Source: a virus (lineage: Duplodnaviria > Caudoviricetes). Taken from it: a stretch of 54,252 bases of DNA. Under the pieces are notes generated by a model. It did no database searches, had not been told where the DNA came from, and saw only the letters and a list, made by a program, of their open reading frames with translations. Where the stretch lies: the IMG/VR virus record IMGVR_UViG_3300017788_000032, positions 1-54,252 of that record; one strand, given 5' to 3'. Of this stretch, positions 20,837-30,786 are shown piece after piece; position 1 is the first letter of the stretch; the number at the start of each line of letters is the position of its first letter. The translations under genes were made by a program, and so were the position numbers.

Positions 20837-21758
20837 TATTAGATAGCGCAATAAAGCACGAATAACAGTTTATTTCTTGGTCTACTACAAAGCTGCTTCT
20901 ATAAATGTACTCAGATAGTGTTAAGAGATAGTCTCTCTTGAGACTATCTGCTAACTTAAGACGGTCGATGTAATTAAACAAGTTTCTCATCAATGTTACA
21001 TAGTCATGATTAAACTGATTTTCGTTTTCTATCAAAGCTTTTCTTAAAGTAGTAATATTTTTGTTCTGTATTTCTTTAAAGATAAGATCTAGAACCTCTT
21101 GATTGCCAGTTTCTGCTAAGTTAAGTGTGCCTGAAGAAGAAAATTTTTGTAATTCATTAATACATTTACGTAAATCAGGATAATTGCTTTTTATAAATTC
21201 TAAAAGTTTGGGTTTTTCAGTGTTTGGGATTTCTATCTTTTCTGCTTTTAAGATTAACGCGCATCTCTTAACTACCCCGTCAAGAGGCGGTGTCAAATCA
21301 AAACTTTGACATCTACTTTGTAGTGCCGGTATAACTCTGTACTTATAATTTGCTGTTAAAATAAATCTTGTAATCTTAGCAAACTCTTCCATCGTATTAC
21401 GTAGGGCTCGTTGAGCGTCCAATGATAGACCATCGGTTTCATCTAGAATAATAACCTTTATTTTACCATCAAAGCTTTTAGTCTGAGCAAAGCTTGTAAC
21501 TTTATTACGAATAGTATCAATTCCATTCTCATCACTTGCGTTTATATAGAGATATTGGCAATCTAATATATCGTTTACCAGGATTTTCGCAAGAGTGGTC
21601 TTACCTAACCCGGGGGTACCAAGGAATAATAGATTAGGTATTTCTTTTTTTGTCTTAAACGATTCAATTAATGGCTTATTGTTATCAGAAATAACAAAAT
21701 CACCTAGAGCTTTAGGTCTATATTTTTCAACCCAAAGATTATTAAAATCAACATTCAT
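20820..21758 (-). CDS. gp44: Clamp loader AAA+ subunit, T4 gp44/RFC-like
   Basis: LWVEKYRP, GTPGLGKTT, INASDENG, ILDETD, LQSRC, DLRKCINELQ. Confidence 0.95.
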   Translation of the reverse strand: MNVDFNNLWVEKYRPKALGDFVISDNNKPLIESFKTKKEIPNLLFLGTPGLGKTTLAKILVNDILDCQYLYINASDENGIDTIRNKVTSFAQTKSFDGKIKVIILDETDGLSLDAQRALRNTMEEFAKITRFILTANYKYRVIPALQSRCQSFDLTPPLDGVVKRCALILKAEKIEIPNTEKPKLLEFIKSNYPDLRKCINELQKFSSSGTLNLAETGNQEVLDLIFKEIQNKNITTLRKALIENENQFNHDYVTLMRNLFNYIDRLKLADSLKRDYLLTLSEYIYRSSFVVDQEINCYSCFIALSNIKEGN

Positions 21759-22225
21759 TATTTACCTGAAGAACCAAATCCCTTTTCGCCTCGTTCGGAC
21801 TCTTCAACTTTACCCCATTCAACAGGCATAGAAAAGTTAAGATAAATGACAAACTGAGCAATTCTATCACCAGATTTAACTTCGTAGTCTTTATCCGTAA
21901 GATTATATAGTTTAATACCTGCATCCCCACGGTATCCGCAATCAATAATACCAGGATGTGCCATAATACCGTGTTTAAATCCCAATCCGCTACGGGACTC
22001 CACTTTTACCCAATATCCTTCTGGAATATAGGCAAATTTTAATCCAACACTGACCACTGCACTGCTTTTAGCGGGTATTATTTTATCCTCTATAGAGTAA
22101 ACATCGTAGCCGGTATCAGATTCATGGTTTTTTGTCGGTAATTTAGCTAAATCACTAGTCCTTTCAAATTTAAGTACCGGTAAAAATTGAATATTGGGGT
22201 CTATATCCTTAAAATTAGTATACAT
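21758..22225 (-). CDS. dut: dUTPase (trimeric)
   Basis: GYDV, RSGLG, GIIDCGYRG, GDRIAQ, RGEKGFGSSG. Confidence 0.96.
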   Translation of the reverse strand: MYTNFKDIDPNIQFLPVLKFERTSDLAKLPTKNHESDTGYDVYSIEDKIIPAKSSAVVSVGLKFAYIPEGYWVKVESRSGLGFKHGIMAHPGIIDCGYRGDAGIKLYNLTDKDYEVKSGDRIAQFVIYLNFSMPVEWGKVEESERGEKGFGSSGK

Positions 22226-22231
22226 TCTTAT

Positions 22232-22272
22232 AGTATAATATGAGTTTATAAAAGATCAATAGGCTATAAATA
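22232..22272. promoter_or_regulatory. Divergent promoters: sigma70-like (minus, dut) and late-type (plus)
   Basis: TTGATC-16-TATACT-6-ATG(22225) on minus; TATAAATA 22265-22272, then 5 nt to ATG 22278 on plus. Confidence 0.7.
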
Positions 22273-22277
22273 TTATT

Positions 22278-22742
22278 ATGAGTGAAGAGCTTAATGAAAT
22301 GGTGGGTGATCTACTAGAACAGCTTCAAGATGCAAATCAAAAAGCAGAGCAAGCTAAAAAAGAGAATAACCCTCTTAAAAAAGAAGATATGGAAAGATTT
22401 GTGGTGGAGAAAGCTGGCAAATTAGTAGAGGAAAGCTTAGAAGTTGTGTCTAATGTAAAGGAATACATCTCTTCTGCACCTGAAAGCAAGGATGTTGGTA
22501 GTTTAGCAGAGTTAATAGCTGCAACTTCAACAGCGATTGAGACGTTAAACAAGATTATAGTAACGGATAAAAAGAACGAAACTACAATTAAAGCAAAAGA
22601 GATGGATATTACTTCTAGAAAAGAGCTTAAAGAGGTAGATAATAACACAAAATTACTAGCCACAAGAGAGCAAGTGTTTAAGATGTTAATAGATAGTGCA
22701 AATAAGAGCGCTAAAATTATTGACGCTGAAATAGTAGAGTAA
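22278..22742 (+). CDS. Possible terminase small subunit (gp16-like helical protein)
   Basis: Helical pattern LEVV...SAPESKDVGSLAELIAATSTAIETL...ATREQV loosely resembles gp16; late promoter upstream. Confidence 0.4.
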   Translation: MSEELNEMVGDLLEQLQDANQKAEQAKKENNPLKKEDMERFVVEKAGKLVEESLEVVSNVKEYISSAPESKDVGSLAELIAATSTAIETLNKIIVTDKKNETTIKAKEMDITSRKELKEVDNNTKLLATREQVFKMLIDSANKSAKIIDAEIVE

Positions 22743-22743
22743 T

Positions 22744-24867
22744 TTAACTGTCTTTCTTATTATCACATTCAAAGAATGTCTTATAAAAGTCTTTAAATAT
22801 TTGTCCAAAATCAGGAACAAGACCTTTAATCATTTTAACAAAATCATCACCCTTAGGGAACTTGGGTATTAAAGCTTTAATCTTATCTTGAAGTGATTCG
22901 AAGTCGAAATCAATATCGCCATTTACAAGATTACCAAAATCGACCTTACCAATAACTGGTAATCTAAAATCACAAACAATATTCTTTAGACTTTGAGCTG
23001 TTTGAAATACGGATTGAGGGTTGTTGAGATTAGAAAAGCTTGTATTTGAAAGTAGAGCATATATTTCTGGAAATGATCCTGGATCGATTGAAGGTAAAGC
23101 GTTAGGTAGATTATTAATAGGAGCAGAAAGCAGTAAAGGAATAGAATTTAATGATTCTGTTAAATTAGAAATAGGAGCTGTAAGGCCTTGAAGACCAGGC
23201 ATACTGGTAATACCCACTTGATCTACCTTATTTTGAAGTTCTGCAAGTAAAGTATTAGGGGCTTTCAAAGAAGCTAGAGCAGAATCAAGCTTTGCTTGTG
23301 CGGATTCGGTATATGATATAGGAAGCTGAGTAATTTTATACTCTCTTTCTTGATATTTAAATATATCATCTATTTCACCGGTTGTGGGGTTGTTAGTTTG
23401 CGTAAAACAATCTTTAACACACAGAAAATCACCTATAGTTCTAGAACTTATAGAGTGTTTATACTTTTTCTGTAGTAAGTCTACTAGTTGTATCTTTCCT
23501 TCAACATTAATTTCATAGTATATGCTGTCTATACGTTGTAAATTTTTAGATTCTGTATCTCTTGGGTTATATCCGGTATTATCATTTAAGTTGCTGAAGT
23601 AAGAAACATAATCTCCGGTATTTTCAAATGTAGATGTAATTTCAGCTGTATAGTCTGGCTGAGCTGGTACATTATTGTTGTAGTAATTTATGTCTGTAAC
23701 TAAATTTAATGAATGAGGTTGAGTGGTATCTGTAGCAATATTGGTTTCATCAGATGTTTTTTGAAGGTTAACAACGTTTTGCTTTAAAATTTCAGTGGTG
23801 TCTGAACTAGCATTCTCTGAAACTACAACTAGCTCTTCTGGTAATTTGTTAGAAATTGATCCAGGTATTACATCTGGTGCCCCATAATTATTAGGAATGT
23901 CAAAAAACGGTGAAATGGTGTCGTTGTACTGGGTATTTGTTAATGTACCGATACTATCGCTTGCAGGGCTAAAGAAAAAATCGTCACCATAAGAAATTTG
24001 ATCGGAAGAATACTCAGCATTTACCTGTGTTTGTATTTCATCTGGTAGTCCAAAGTATTTTTTATACCAAAAGAAAGAAAAGTCATTCGGGTATTCCTTT
24101 AAACTGGTATTTAATTCATTAAAAAATGCAGTTTGATCTTCGATTGGGTTGGGTGAAGTCTTTGTTTTATTGTATTTTATAGCAGTCTGGATTTGAGGTT
24201 GTAGATTTCCTGGCGATGTAGGTTTAGGGGGCTGCGTAGTAGGCGGTGTTTGAGTGTTAGGCTTAGGAAAAGAAGTTTGTTTTGGAGTAAAATTAGGTGG
24301 AATTTTATTAGCTTTAATTTCCCAATGCCAGTTTTCGCCTGCTATATTATTAAAACCGTAATTTTTTGCGTTGTTTCTTAACCATCTTAATGTTTCAGGG
24401 CTACTGGAAACAGAAATATCTAATGCTAACCCTAATCCGTGATTAGAAGTTCCGGGTCTTGCAGCTCCTCCCCCTTTAGCAGGATTATAAGGCCCTAGTT
24501 TTTTATATAATCTTACCTGTTCTTCATACGACCTATAACTATCATTTATTTTAAAGGTACGACCGGTATCTCTCTCAAAGTCAGCTTTCATTTTACTGTA
24601 TTGCTCTGCAACATAAGGATTAAGATAATGACCATTTCCTATGGAAACTAGTTGATTTGGGTCACTAGTACTGAGCCTACCGTTAAGACCAAAGCTAGCC
24701 CTGCCGCTTCTTCCGCTTGTACCTGTTCCTAAATCACTGCTAGACTCCTGATTACTGCCTATAGCTGTTGGAAAGGTAGTATTTCTATTAACCAGATCTA
24801 TATTTTTGGAAGGAGCTACAAAAGAAAGATCAGGATAACTAGTTCTTGTATTTGTTTTAACAGCCAT
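22744..24867 (-). CDS. Baseplate-region protein with an N-terminal M15 (VanY-like) Zn peptidase domain
   Basis: SYRSYEEQ, AARPGTSNHGLGLALDI and ENWHWE motifs, followed by a Pro/Thr linker and a long unknown C-terminal region. Confidence 0.8.
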   Translation of the reverse strand: MAVKTNTRTSYPDLSFVAPSKNIDLVNRNTTFPTAIGSNQESSSDLGTGTSGRSGRASFGLNGRLSTSDPNQLVSIGNGHYLNPYVAEQYSKMKADFERDTGRTFKINDSYRSYEEQVRLYKKLGPYNPAKGGGAARPGTSNHGLGLALDISVSSSPETLRWLRNNAKNYGFNNIAGENWHWEIKANKIPPNFTPKQTSFPKPNTQTPPTTQPPKPTSPGNLQPQIQTAIKYNKTKTSPNPIEDQTAFFNELNTSLKEYPNDFSFFWYKKYFGLPDEIQTQVNAEYSSDQISYGDDFFFSPASDSIGTLTNTQYNDTISPFFDIPNNYGAPDVIPGSISNKLPEELVVVSENASSDTTEILKQNVVNLQKTSDETNIATDTTQPHSLNLVTDINYYNNNVPAQPDYTAEITSTFENTGDYVSYFSNLNDNTGYNPRDTESKNLQRIDSIYYEINVEGKIQLVDLLQKKYKHSISSRTIGDFLCVKDCFTQTNNPTTGEIDDIFKYQEREYKITQLPISYTESAQAKLDSALASLKAPNTLLAELQNKVDQVGITSMPGLQGLTAPISNLTESLNSIPLLLSAPINNLPNALPSIDPGSFPEIYALLSNTSFSNLNNPQSVFQTAQSLKNIVCDFRLPVIGKVDFGNLVNGDIDFDFESLQDKIKALIPKFPKGDDFVKMIKGLVPDFGQIFKDFYKTFFECDNKKDS

Positions 24868-26453
24868 TACTTAGCCTCCGTGGTTAATTGTGTATTATCA
24901 TAATTATAAGTTTTAATACACCTTAATTCATTAAAATACTCGTTGCCCTCAAAAATATGCTTTACTTCTACTACAAAATAAACGCCTAAAATTTTACTAT
25001 CAAAATCGCTCCATGCAAAAGAACCATCTCTATTAATGCCTATAAATTTACCTGCTTGTCTATGTGTAGAACCGGGTACTTTAAATAAGACTGTATTGTT
25101 TAAAAATATACTATTAAAAAGTGCTTTATTTCTACCGGCTGAAAACTGTTGTAAAGTGTTATCTCCGATAACAGTAAATATATTCTTAACATTTTTTTGC
25201 TGTAATCTATATTCGCCGGGATAAAAATTAGGATAAGCCCCTTTAAAGCTTACTGAATTAAAGGGTTTTACGTAATTTGTGTCGTAAGTACTGACAGTAC
25301 TTTGAATGGTGTGTTGTGCTTGGTGAATATCGAATTGTCTTTCATCGTGATTATAGCTATGAACTAAAACTGATACAAGATCTTGTTGAGAATAGAGACC
25401 GGGCATAGGGTCATAATTAAAATTATTAATTGTGCCATACTTGTCTAAGAATAAAGCGTTAGGCGGAGTATAATCTACACTTTCAATTAAAAAGTTGTTT
25501 TCATCTGAATATAATCCCAGTTTGAAAGTTTCAAGATAACTTTCACCTATTTGAGCAGTACTGTTGTTATTAGATGCATCAAGCGCTTCATTAAAAATAC
25601 CATTTATGCTTTGAAAATTAAATTCAGATGAATTTCTTTCTATTCTCAAAAAGGCTTGATCATATTGATTAGAGGAACTAGAAACATGTCTAGATACTAT
25701 ATAATCCAGGCAGTCTAAACCTTTATATCCTGCAGGAGCTGAAAAGAATAGATTTGTAGAGCCTTCTTCGAATTTTTCACCTATAGTAACAGGCCACCCA
25801 TCATCTTCATTAAAGAAATCTAATAAAAATGTTTTTAAAGCGTTTCCGGTAGGTATACCCCTTTCTAAATTATCGGCATTATTAACATCGGTAGAATCTA
25901 GAAAATTTGCAGTTGAGTAATATGAGTTTTTTTCGCGTAGAAGTTCATAATACATATCCCAAAAATATAGTTTTTTAAGTTTTTCTCCAGGTGCTTTTCC
26001 AAGAATTTCTTCAGTTTCATATATACTAAAATTAAAAGATAGCTTAAATGCTTTTTCTGCATCTTTATCGTTTTCATAATCGTAGTTTGTATCTTCTGTT
26101 AAAACAGGCATGATATCAACAATTAAAACATCGCGTGAATCGCCTTTAAAAATAAATCCTTTTTCGGGCTTAAATGAGTTGCTATTAGAAGTTAAATTTT
26201 CCTGATTTTTAAAATCAATCATTCTCTCTGTGGCATCAAACGTATTGTTAATTACAATGTATCCTTTATGATAGAAATTGGTAAAATTATCTAAAATAAC
26301 AAGACTATTAATTGCGCCTATTTTTAATTGTTGATATCGACCATCTGCAGTAAAAAGACCTACATTAAACCTGTAAGGGTTGTTATTAATAATATTTTTA
26401 AACTCGTTATTGTTATTAGATAACTCACGAGACGAAGTAATTAAGTTTGCCAT
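24867..26453 (-). CDS. Baseplate hub protein, gp27-like
   Basis: C-terminal FKVPGSTHRQAGKFI...GVYFVVEVKHIF matches the hub/gpD pattern; follows a gp53-like gene. Confidence 0.6.
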   Translation of the reverse strand: MANLITSSRELSNNNNEFKNIINNNPYRFNVGLFTADGRYQQLKIGAINSLVILDNFTNFYHKGYIVINNTFDATERMIDFKNQENLTSNSNSFKPEKGFIFKGDSRDVLIVDIMPVLTEDTNYDYENDKDAEKAFKLSFNFSIYETEEILGKAPGEKLKKLYFWDMYYELLREKNSYYSTANFLDSTDVNNADNLERGIPTGNALKTFLLDFFNEDDGWPVTIGEKFEEGSTNLFFSAPAGYKGLDCLDYIVSRHVSSSSNQYDQAFLRIERNSSEFNFQSINGIFNEALDASNNNSTAQIGESYLETFKLGLYSDENNFLIESVDYTPPNALFLDKYGTINNFNYDPMPGLYSQQDLVSVLVHSYNHDERQFDIHQAQHTIQSTVSTYDTNYVKPFNSVSFKGAYPNFYPGEYRLQQKNVKNIFTVIGDNTLQQFSAGRNKALFNSIFLNNTVLFKVPGSTHRQAGKFIGINRDGSFAWSDFDSKILGVYFVVEVKHIFEGNEYFNELRCIKTYNYDNTQLTTEAK

Positions 26454-26454
26454 A

Positions 26455-26817
26455 TTACTTTAAAGCGTTTCTTATTTCATTCAATACTACTGAAACATAT
26501 TCTTTTTTAATAATTTTAATAACTGTGCCTTGATTAGGCATTTTTATTGGGTTGTAAATTTTATTAACCAGGCATATTAACCACCATAAATCGATAGTCC
26601 TGTAAGCGTTAAAGCTAATTATAGTCCATGGCATTTTTTGACTAATAGATTGGTAGGCTATATACTCCTCGCTTATTTGATCAGGCATATAAACCGATTG
26701 AAGTAGGTTGTAATAATATTGATTTTGCTCAGTAGTGTATAATTTAAAGATATTCTCGTATCTTGTAATTCTTAGAGAAGGTAACGTATTAACGTTATTT
26801 TGATAAACTCCTTCCAT
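26455..26817 (-). CDS. Baseplate wedge protein, gp53-like (LysM-like)
   Basis: WTIISFNAYRTIDLWWLICLVNKIYNP...GTVIKI. Confidence 0.75.
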   Translation of the reverse strand: MEGVYQNNVNTLPSLRITRYENIFKLYTTEQNQYYYNLLQSVYMPDQISEEYIAYQSISQKMPWTIISFNAYRTIDLWWLICLVNKIYNPIKMPNQGTVIKIIKKEYVSVVLNEIRNALK

Positions 26818-26837
26818 GTAGATATTTATCTTAAGAA

Positions 26838-28181
26838 TTAAGGACCTACAGGCAAGCCAGGTATAGGATTATTAGTATCTACTGGATTTTGCGCAGGTGC
26901 ATTACTATTTTGAGTAGATGAATTTAAGAACGGGTTTAATACATTGTTTATACCAAGACCCAAAGTATTAGTAGTAACTATATTATTTTTATTAAGAACA
27001 GAATACATAAAGTTTCTTGACTCTGGCAATAAGCTCTTAATTGTAATTCTAACCCTATATGCATCTGGAACTATTGTTGTAATATTACGTAAAACTGAAT
27101 TATTGCTAAATCCTCTAATTGGAATAGTAGTAGAATCCCCTTCTCTTACAGGCCCAGTTAATGGTGCAGATGCATCAACGTTTAAATTATCTACTACAGA
27201 GAGACCGAATGATAATTCCCTTCTTGAACCTATAAAATCTACTCCTAGTCCTGATATATAGCAAAAAGGAAGAAATTTTACTCCAGGTATTTCTACTTGA
27301 TAAAGCGGGGGTGGGTCAATAACCGAAACATTTTTTCTAGAAGGCTTGTTGTTATATAAAATTAAAAACAATAGCTCCCAGTTTCTTATAACATCATTAA
27401 AAGTAACAGATCCAGTATTGATTAGAGGAAATTCAAAAGAAAACTCTTCACCTTCTGTGGGATAATTATAGAACTTAGCTCTTTCAACAAACGTAACTTG
27501 TGTGGGTGCTCTTAAAGCACTAGTAATTTCTGCAAGATCAGTAACTAAATCAACACCTTGTTTTAAAAAGCTTAAAGCTGTACCTCCAGCAATATCATTT
27601 GAAAATGCGTTGGCTTGTGTATTATTTCTATTATCAAAATAAGGTAAGATAAACGACCAACCTGTAGGTTCGGTTATGTAGAGATTTTGGTATGGTAAAA
27701 GATAGGGGTTATTAGTATAAACATCGTTGTTGTCCTGTAAGTAGGGTTGTTGATTATACCAATCAGTAACAGCTTGACCGGCTTCTGACTCCCTAACAGC
27801 TTGCGTTTGTTTTTTAACCCAGTTATTAATAGGATTAGAAATATTGGTAGGTAATTTATTAACTAAACCGGTTAAATTATTTTTAGTTACACCAAATGAA
27901 TATTTTAACTGAGATATAAGGGCGTTCGACTTAAGTCTTTTTTCATTTAAAATAATTCTAGGTACTTCTTGTCTTGATTCTTTTAATTTGGAGTAAGTCC
28001 AATAAAAATCGTTAACCACATCTACTACTCCTCCTTGCGCATTACTAGTGGTAGCTGCTATTCCGGATCCTACTGGTGTGTTATTAGGGGAGATTAAAAT
28101 AGGAGGTTCTACATCTACTGTATTATCACGCTTGTAATCTGTATAATTTTTAGTTCTAGATACTGAAAAAACGTGATTCAT
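26838..28181 (-). CDS. Baseplate/tail-tube junction protein (gp48-like candidate)
   Basis: FSFEFPL...PPPLYQVEIPG...CYISGLGVDF tube-fold-like pattern; lies between the tape measure and gp53-like genes. Confidence 0.45.
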   Translation of the reverse strand: MNHVFSVSRTKNYTDYKRDNTVDVEPPILISPNNTPVGSGIAATTSNAQGGVVDVVNDFYWTYSKLKESRQEVPRIILNEKRLKSNALISQLKYSFGVTKNNLTGLVNKLPTNISNPINNWVKKQTQAVRESEAGQAVTDWYNQQPYLQDNNDVYTNNPYLLPYQNLYITEPTGWSFILPYFDNRNNTQANAFSNDIAGGTALSFLKQGVDLVTDLAEITSALRAPTQVTFVERAKFYNYPTEGEEFSFEFPLINTGSVTFNDVIRNWELLFLILYNNKPSRKNVSVIDPPPLYQVEIPGVKFLPFCYISGLGVDFIGSRRELSFGLSVVDNLNVDASAPLTGPVREGDSTTIPIRGFSNNSVLRNITTIVPDAYRVRITIKSLLPESRNFMYSVLNKNNIVTTNTLGLGINNVLNPFLNSSTQNSNAPAQNPVDTNNPIPGLPVGP

Positions 28182-28189
28182 ATTATTAC

Positions 28190-30004
28190 TTAATATCTAG
28201 ATATCCAAGATAGATCTTTTCTAAAATCTAAATTAGAAGATGCTTTTTCTTGTAATACCATGTTATTAGAAGAATTTTGTACAACAACATTGTTGTTATT
28301 TTCCTTGTCATTTATTGCTTTCAGAACATCTATGTTTTGCATCATTAATTTTTGTTCATTTTGATGGACTTGTAATGTTGTTGATGCATATTTTTCAAAA
28401 GCTTTACTTAAATCCCTTACAGTTCTATTTAGCTCATCTAAAGATTGAGCAGGCATACTTTCCCTATCCTGTAAAAGCTTTTCTATTGGCCCGCCTTCTT
28501 TTAAGGCTAAAATTTCATCCTGTTGATCGAATCTGTAAGCCTGTCTACCTGTAAATAATGTTCTATCAGATGTTGAGGTGAGATCGCCTACATCTTTAAC
28601 TTCTACCTCTTTTTCTGACGACTTAAATCCTAACTTATCCTTTATCCAATCTTTAATATTATCTAGGTTAAATATGTTAGAAATTACATCTACCACCCCT
28701 TTTACAAAACCTAAAATCTTATCCATTAAAAAGCTACCAAGTTTTTTAATTTCTTCTGCAATATCAAATTTTTCAAAATATTCAGTTATTTTTTTACCCA
28801 AGTCTTTATTAAACCAACCTATAATCCAACCAAATATTTTACCGGGTATGCCTATAGCAAAAGATTGAATTTGATTAAAGATTTGACCTATACCTTCAAT
28901 CCATTTACCCTCTCTAAAAGGTTTAAATATTTTTTCAATTCTATCCCTTATTTCATCAAACTTAATCAAGTCTAATCCAAATATTTCAAAAATATCAAAA
29001 AAGTTTAATATACCTTTTACAAGTCCTGTTACCATTTTTTGTAAAAATGATTTATCCTTTAATTTTGGATCTGTAAATGCTTGAAATAGCCCAACTCCGA
29101 CCTCAAATAATGCCATCAAAGGTGCGAGTATTTTACCAAAAAGTCTGCCAACTTTTAATCCGAAGCTGAAAAAACTTCCTAATTGTGATAAAAAGCCTGT
29201 AAAGACTTTTAAAGCACCGGTAGGTATCATTTTACCGAGTTTAAATTTTTCAAAAAATGAAATTAAAGGTTTAAAAAACGATTTTACTTTACCAAATAAG
29301 TTTTTAACCGATTCAAATATAGATAAAGCTCTAGCTTTTGCAGTATCAAAAACGCTTTTTAAAGTTTTTATAATTGTAGAATCTTTAAACGCTGCTTTCC
29401 ATCCTAGTACTGTTTGTTTTACGGAGTCGAAAAATCCTTTTATAAGTTTTGCTATTTTTGTTTCTTTTAAAGCTTTTATGCCTGCTAATATCTTTAATTT
29501 TATACTATTAAATAATCCCCTTATAAATTTACCGATACTTGTATCTTTAAAAATATTATATAAAATTTTAAATGAATTTTTAAGAAAACTAAAAAACTTT
29601 TTTACTTGTTCTATGAATCCTAATACTGCACCAATAATAAACCCTATTACAAATGCTAAAATAAAGAATAGTTTTGCCCAGGGTCCTTTTTTAGGATCAG
29701 GTTTTTCAACGTCCACTTTAAATGAAAATAAATCTTTAAAAGTCTTTCTTAAATCTTTTTGCCCTTCCGTGGTAAGCCCGTCTATGGAAATTGGTACAGC
29801 TTGAAGCACTCTTTGTTTTTGTTTAAATCGTCTAAATCTTGCTTTATCTTCTTTTTCTTCCGGAAATAATGCTTCTTTCAGAGACTTTAAAGCTGTAATA
29901 TCAGGCTTTTCATCACCTTTATTTTTTAATAAATTTTCAACTAAAAAGTTAAACTTAGAGCTAATATCTCCATCGCCGCCTAAAGGCATAGCATCACCGT
30001 TCAT
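28190..30004 (-). CDS. Tape measure protein candidate (gp29-like)
   Basis: 604 aa of amphipathic Lys/Phe-rich helices with a hydrophobic segment and C-terminal NNNVVVQN; position in the tail module. Confidence 0.6.
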   Translation of the reverse strand: MNGDAMPLGGDGDISSKFNFLVENLLKNKGDEKPDITALKSLKEALFPEEKEDKARFRRFKQKQRVLQAVPISIDGLTTEGQKDLRKTFKDLFSFKVDVEKPDPKKGPWAKLFFILAFVIGFIIGAVLGFIEQVKKFFSFLKNSFKILYNIFKDTSIGKFIRGLFNSIKLKILAGIKALKETKIAKLIKGFFDSVKQTVLGWKAAFKDSTIIKTLKSVFDTAKARALSIFESVKNLFGKVKSFFKPLISFFEKFKLGKMIPTGALKVFTGFLSQLGSFFSFGLKVGRLFGKILAPLMALFEVGVGLFQAFTDPKLKDKSFLQKMVTGLVKGILNFFDIFEIFGLDLIKFDEIRDRIEKIFKPFREGKWIEGIGQIFNQIQSFAIGIPGKIFGWIIGWFNKDLGKKITEYFEKFDIAEEIKKLGSFLMDKILGFVKGVVDVISNIFNLDNIKDWIKDKLGFKSSEKEVEVKDVGDLTSTSDRTLFTGRQAYRFDQQDEILALKEGGPIEKLLQDRESMPAQSLDELNRTVRDLSKAFEKYASTTLQVHQNEQKLMMQNIDVLKAINDKENNNNVVVQNSSNNMVLQEKASSNLDFRKDLSWISRY

Positions 30005-30031
30005 TATTAATATTTAAAGAAAAAAGTACGT

Positions 30032-30781
30032 TTAAACAGTGAAAAGTGAGGGGTCTATATCGATTTCTACTTCTTTATCGTTTTGTACAAAATACTTCTT
30101 TTCGAACTGTTTAACCTCATTAATAAAGTTAACCAGCTTAGTGTTTGCAGATAAAGGCAAGTTTTCTACCAGTTTAACTCTTTGAGAAAAAGTAAGTTGA
30201 TTAAACTCTACTTCTACTGGTTTAGTACCATCATTAATTACTATTTTGTTAATGTATTTAACAAGTTCATTAACATACATTTCACCAACTGCCTCGCTCG
30301 GTAGATTATCGTTATCTGCTAAAGGTGAAAGCTTCTTTTTAGTTTCTTGATTAATAAAAGAATCTTGTGCAAGAGATGGTAGAGTAACATTTATCTTTAA
30401 ATTGCCGTCTTCTAGTTCTCTGTTTTTTAGATTCTCTGGAATGGTAAAATTATTGTTAGCAACAAATGAAATATCTAGGGTACCTTCCTCAGAAATAACT
30501 GTTGAAGAAAGAGATAGAGCTCTTAAAACAACTAAAATATAATTTCTATCTAAAATATTAAATTCAACTTTTTCCGTAGAGTTTTCGTTAATAATCGTAT
30601 TAGTTAAATTGGAAAAACTTATACCCGAAAAAGCTTTGTCAAGAGCAGTCTTTACTGCTTCTTTTTGCTGCTTTGTAGTAAGCCCTTTAAATTTTATCTT
30701 ACGATTTAAGGATGGTACAAATATGTCAAATGTCTTGTTTAGGCCTTCTAGAGAAGTTAAGACATTATTAAAGTTCTCCAT
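30032..30781 (-). CDS. Baseplate hub assembly protein, gp26-like
   Basis: FVPSLNRKIKFKGLTTKQQK...DRNYILVVLRALS. Confidence 0.6.
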   Translation of the reverse strand: MENFNNVLTSLEGLNKTFDIFVPSLNRKIKFKGLTTKQQKEAVKTALDKAFSGISFSNLTNTIINENSTEKVEFNILDRNYILVVLRALSLSSTVISEEGTLDISFVANNNFTIPENLKNRELEDGNLKINVTLPSLAQDSFINQETKKKLSPLADNDNLPSEAVGEMYVNELVKYINKIVINDGTKPVEVEFNQLTFSQRVKLVENLPLSANTKLVNFINEVKQFEKKYFVQNDKEVEIDIDPSLFTV

Positions 30782-30786
30782 AAAAC

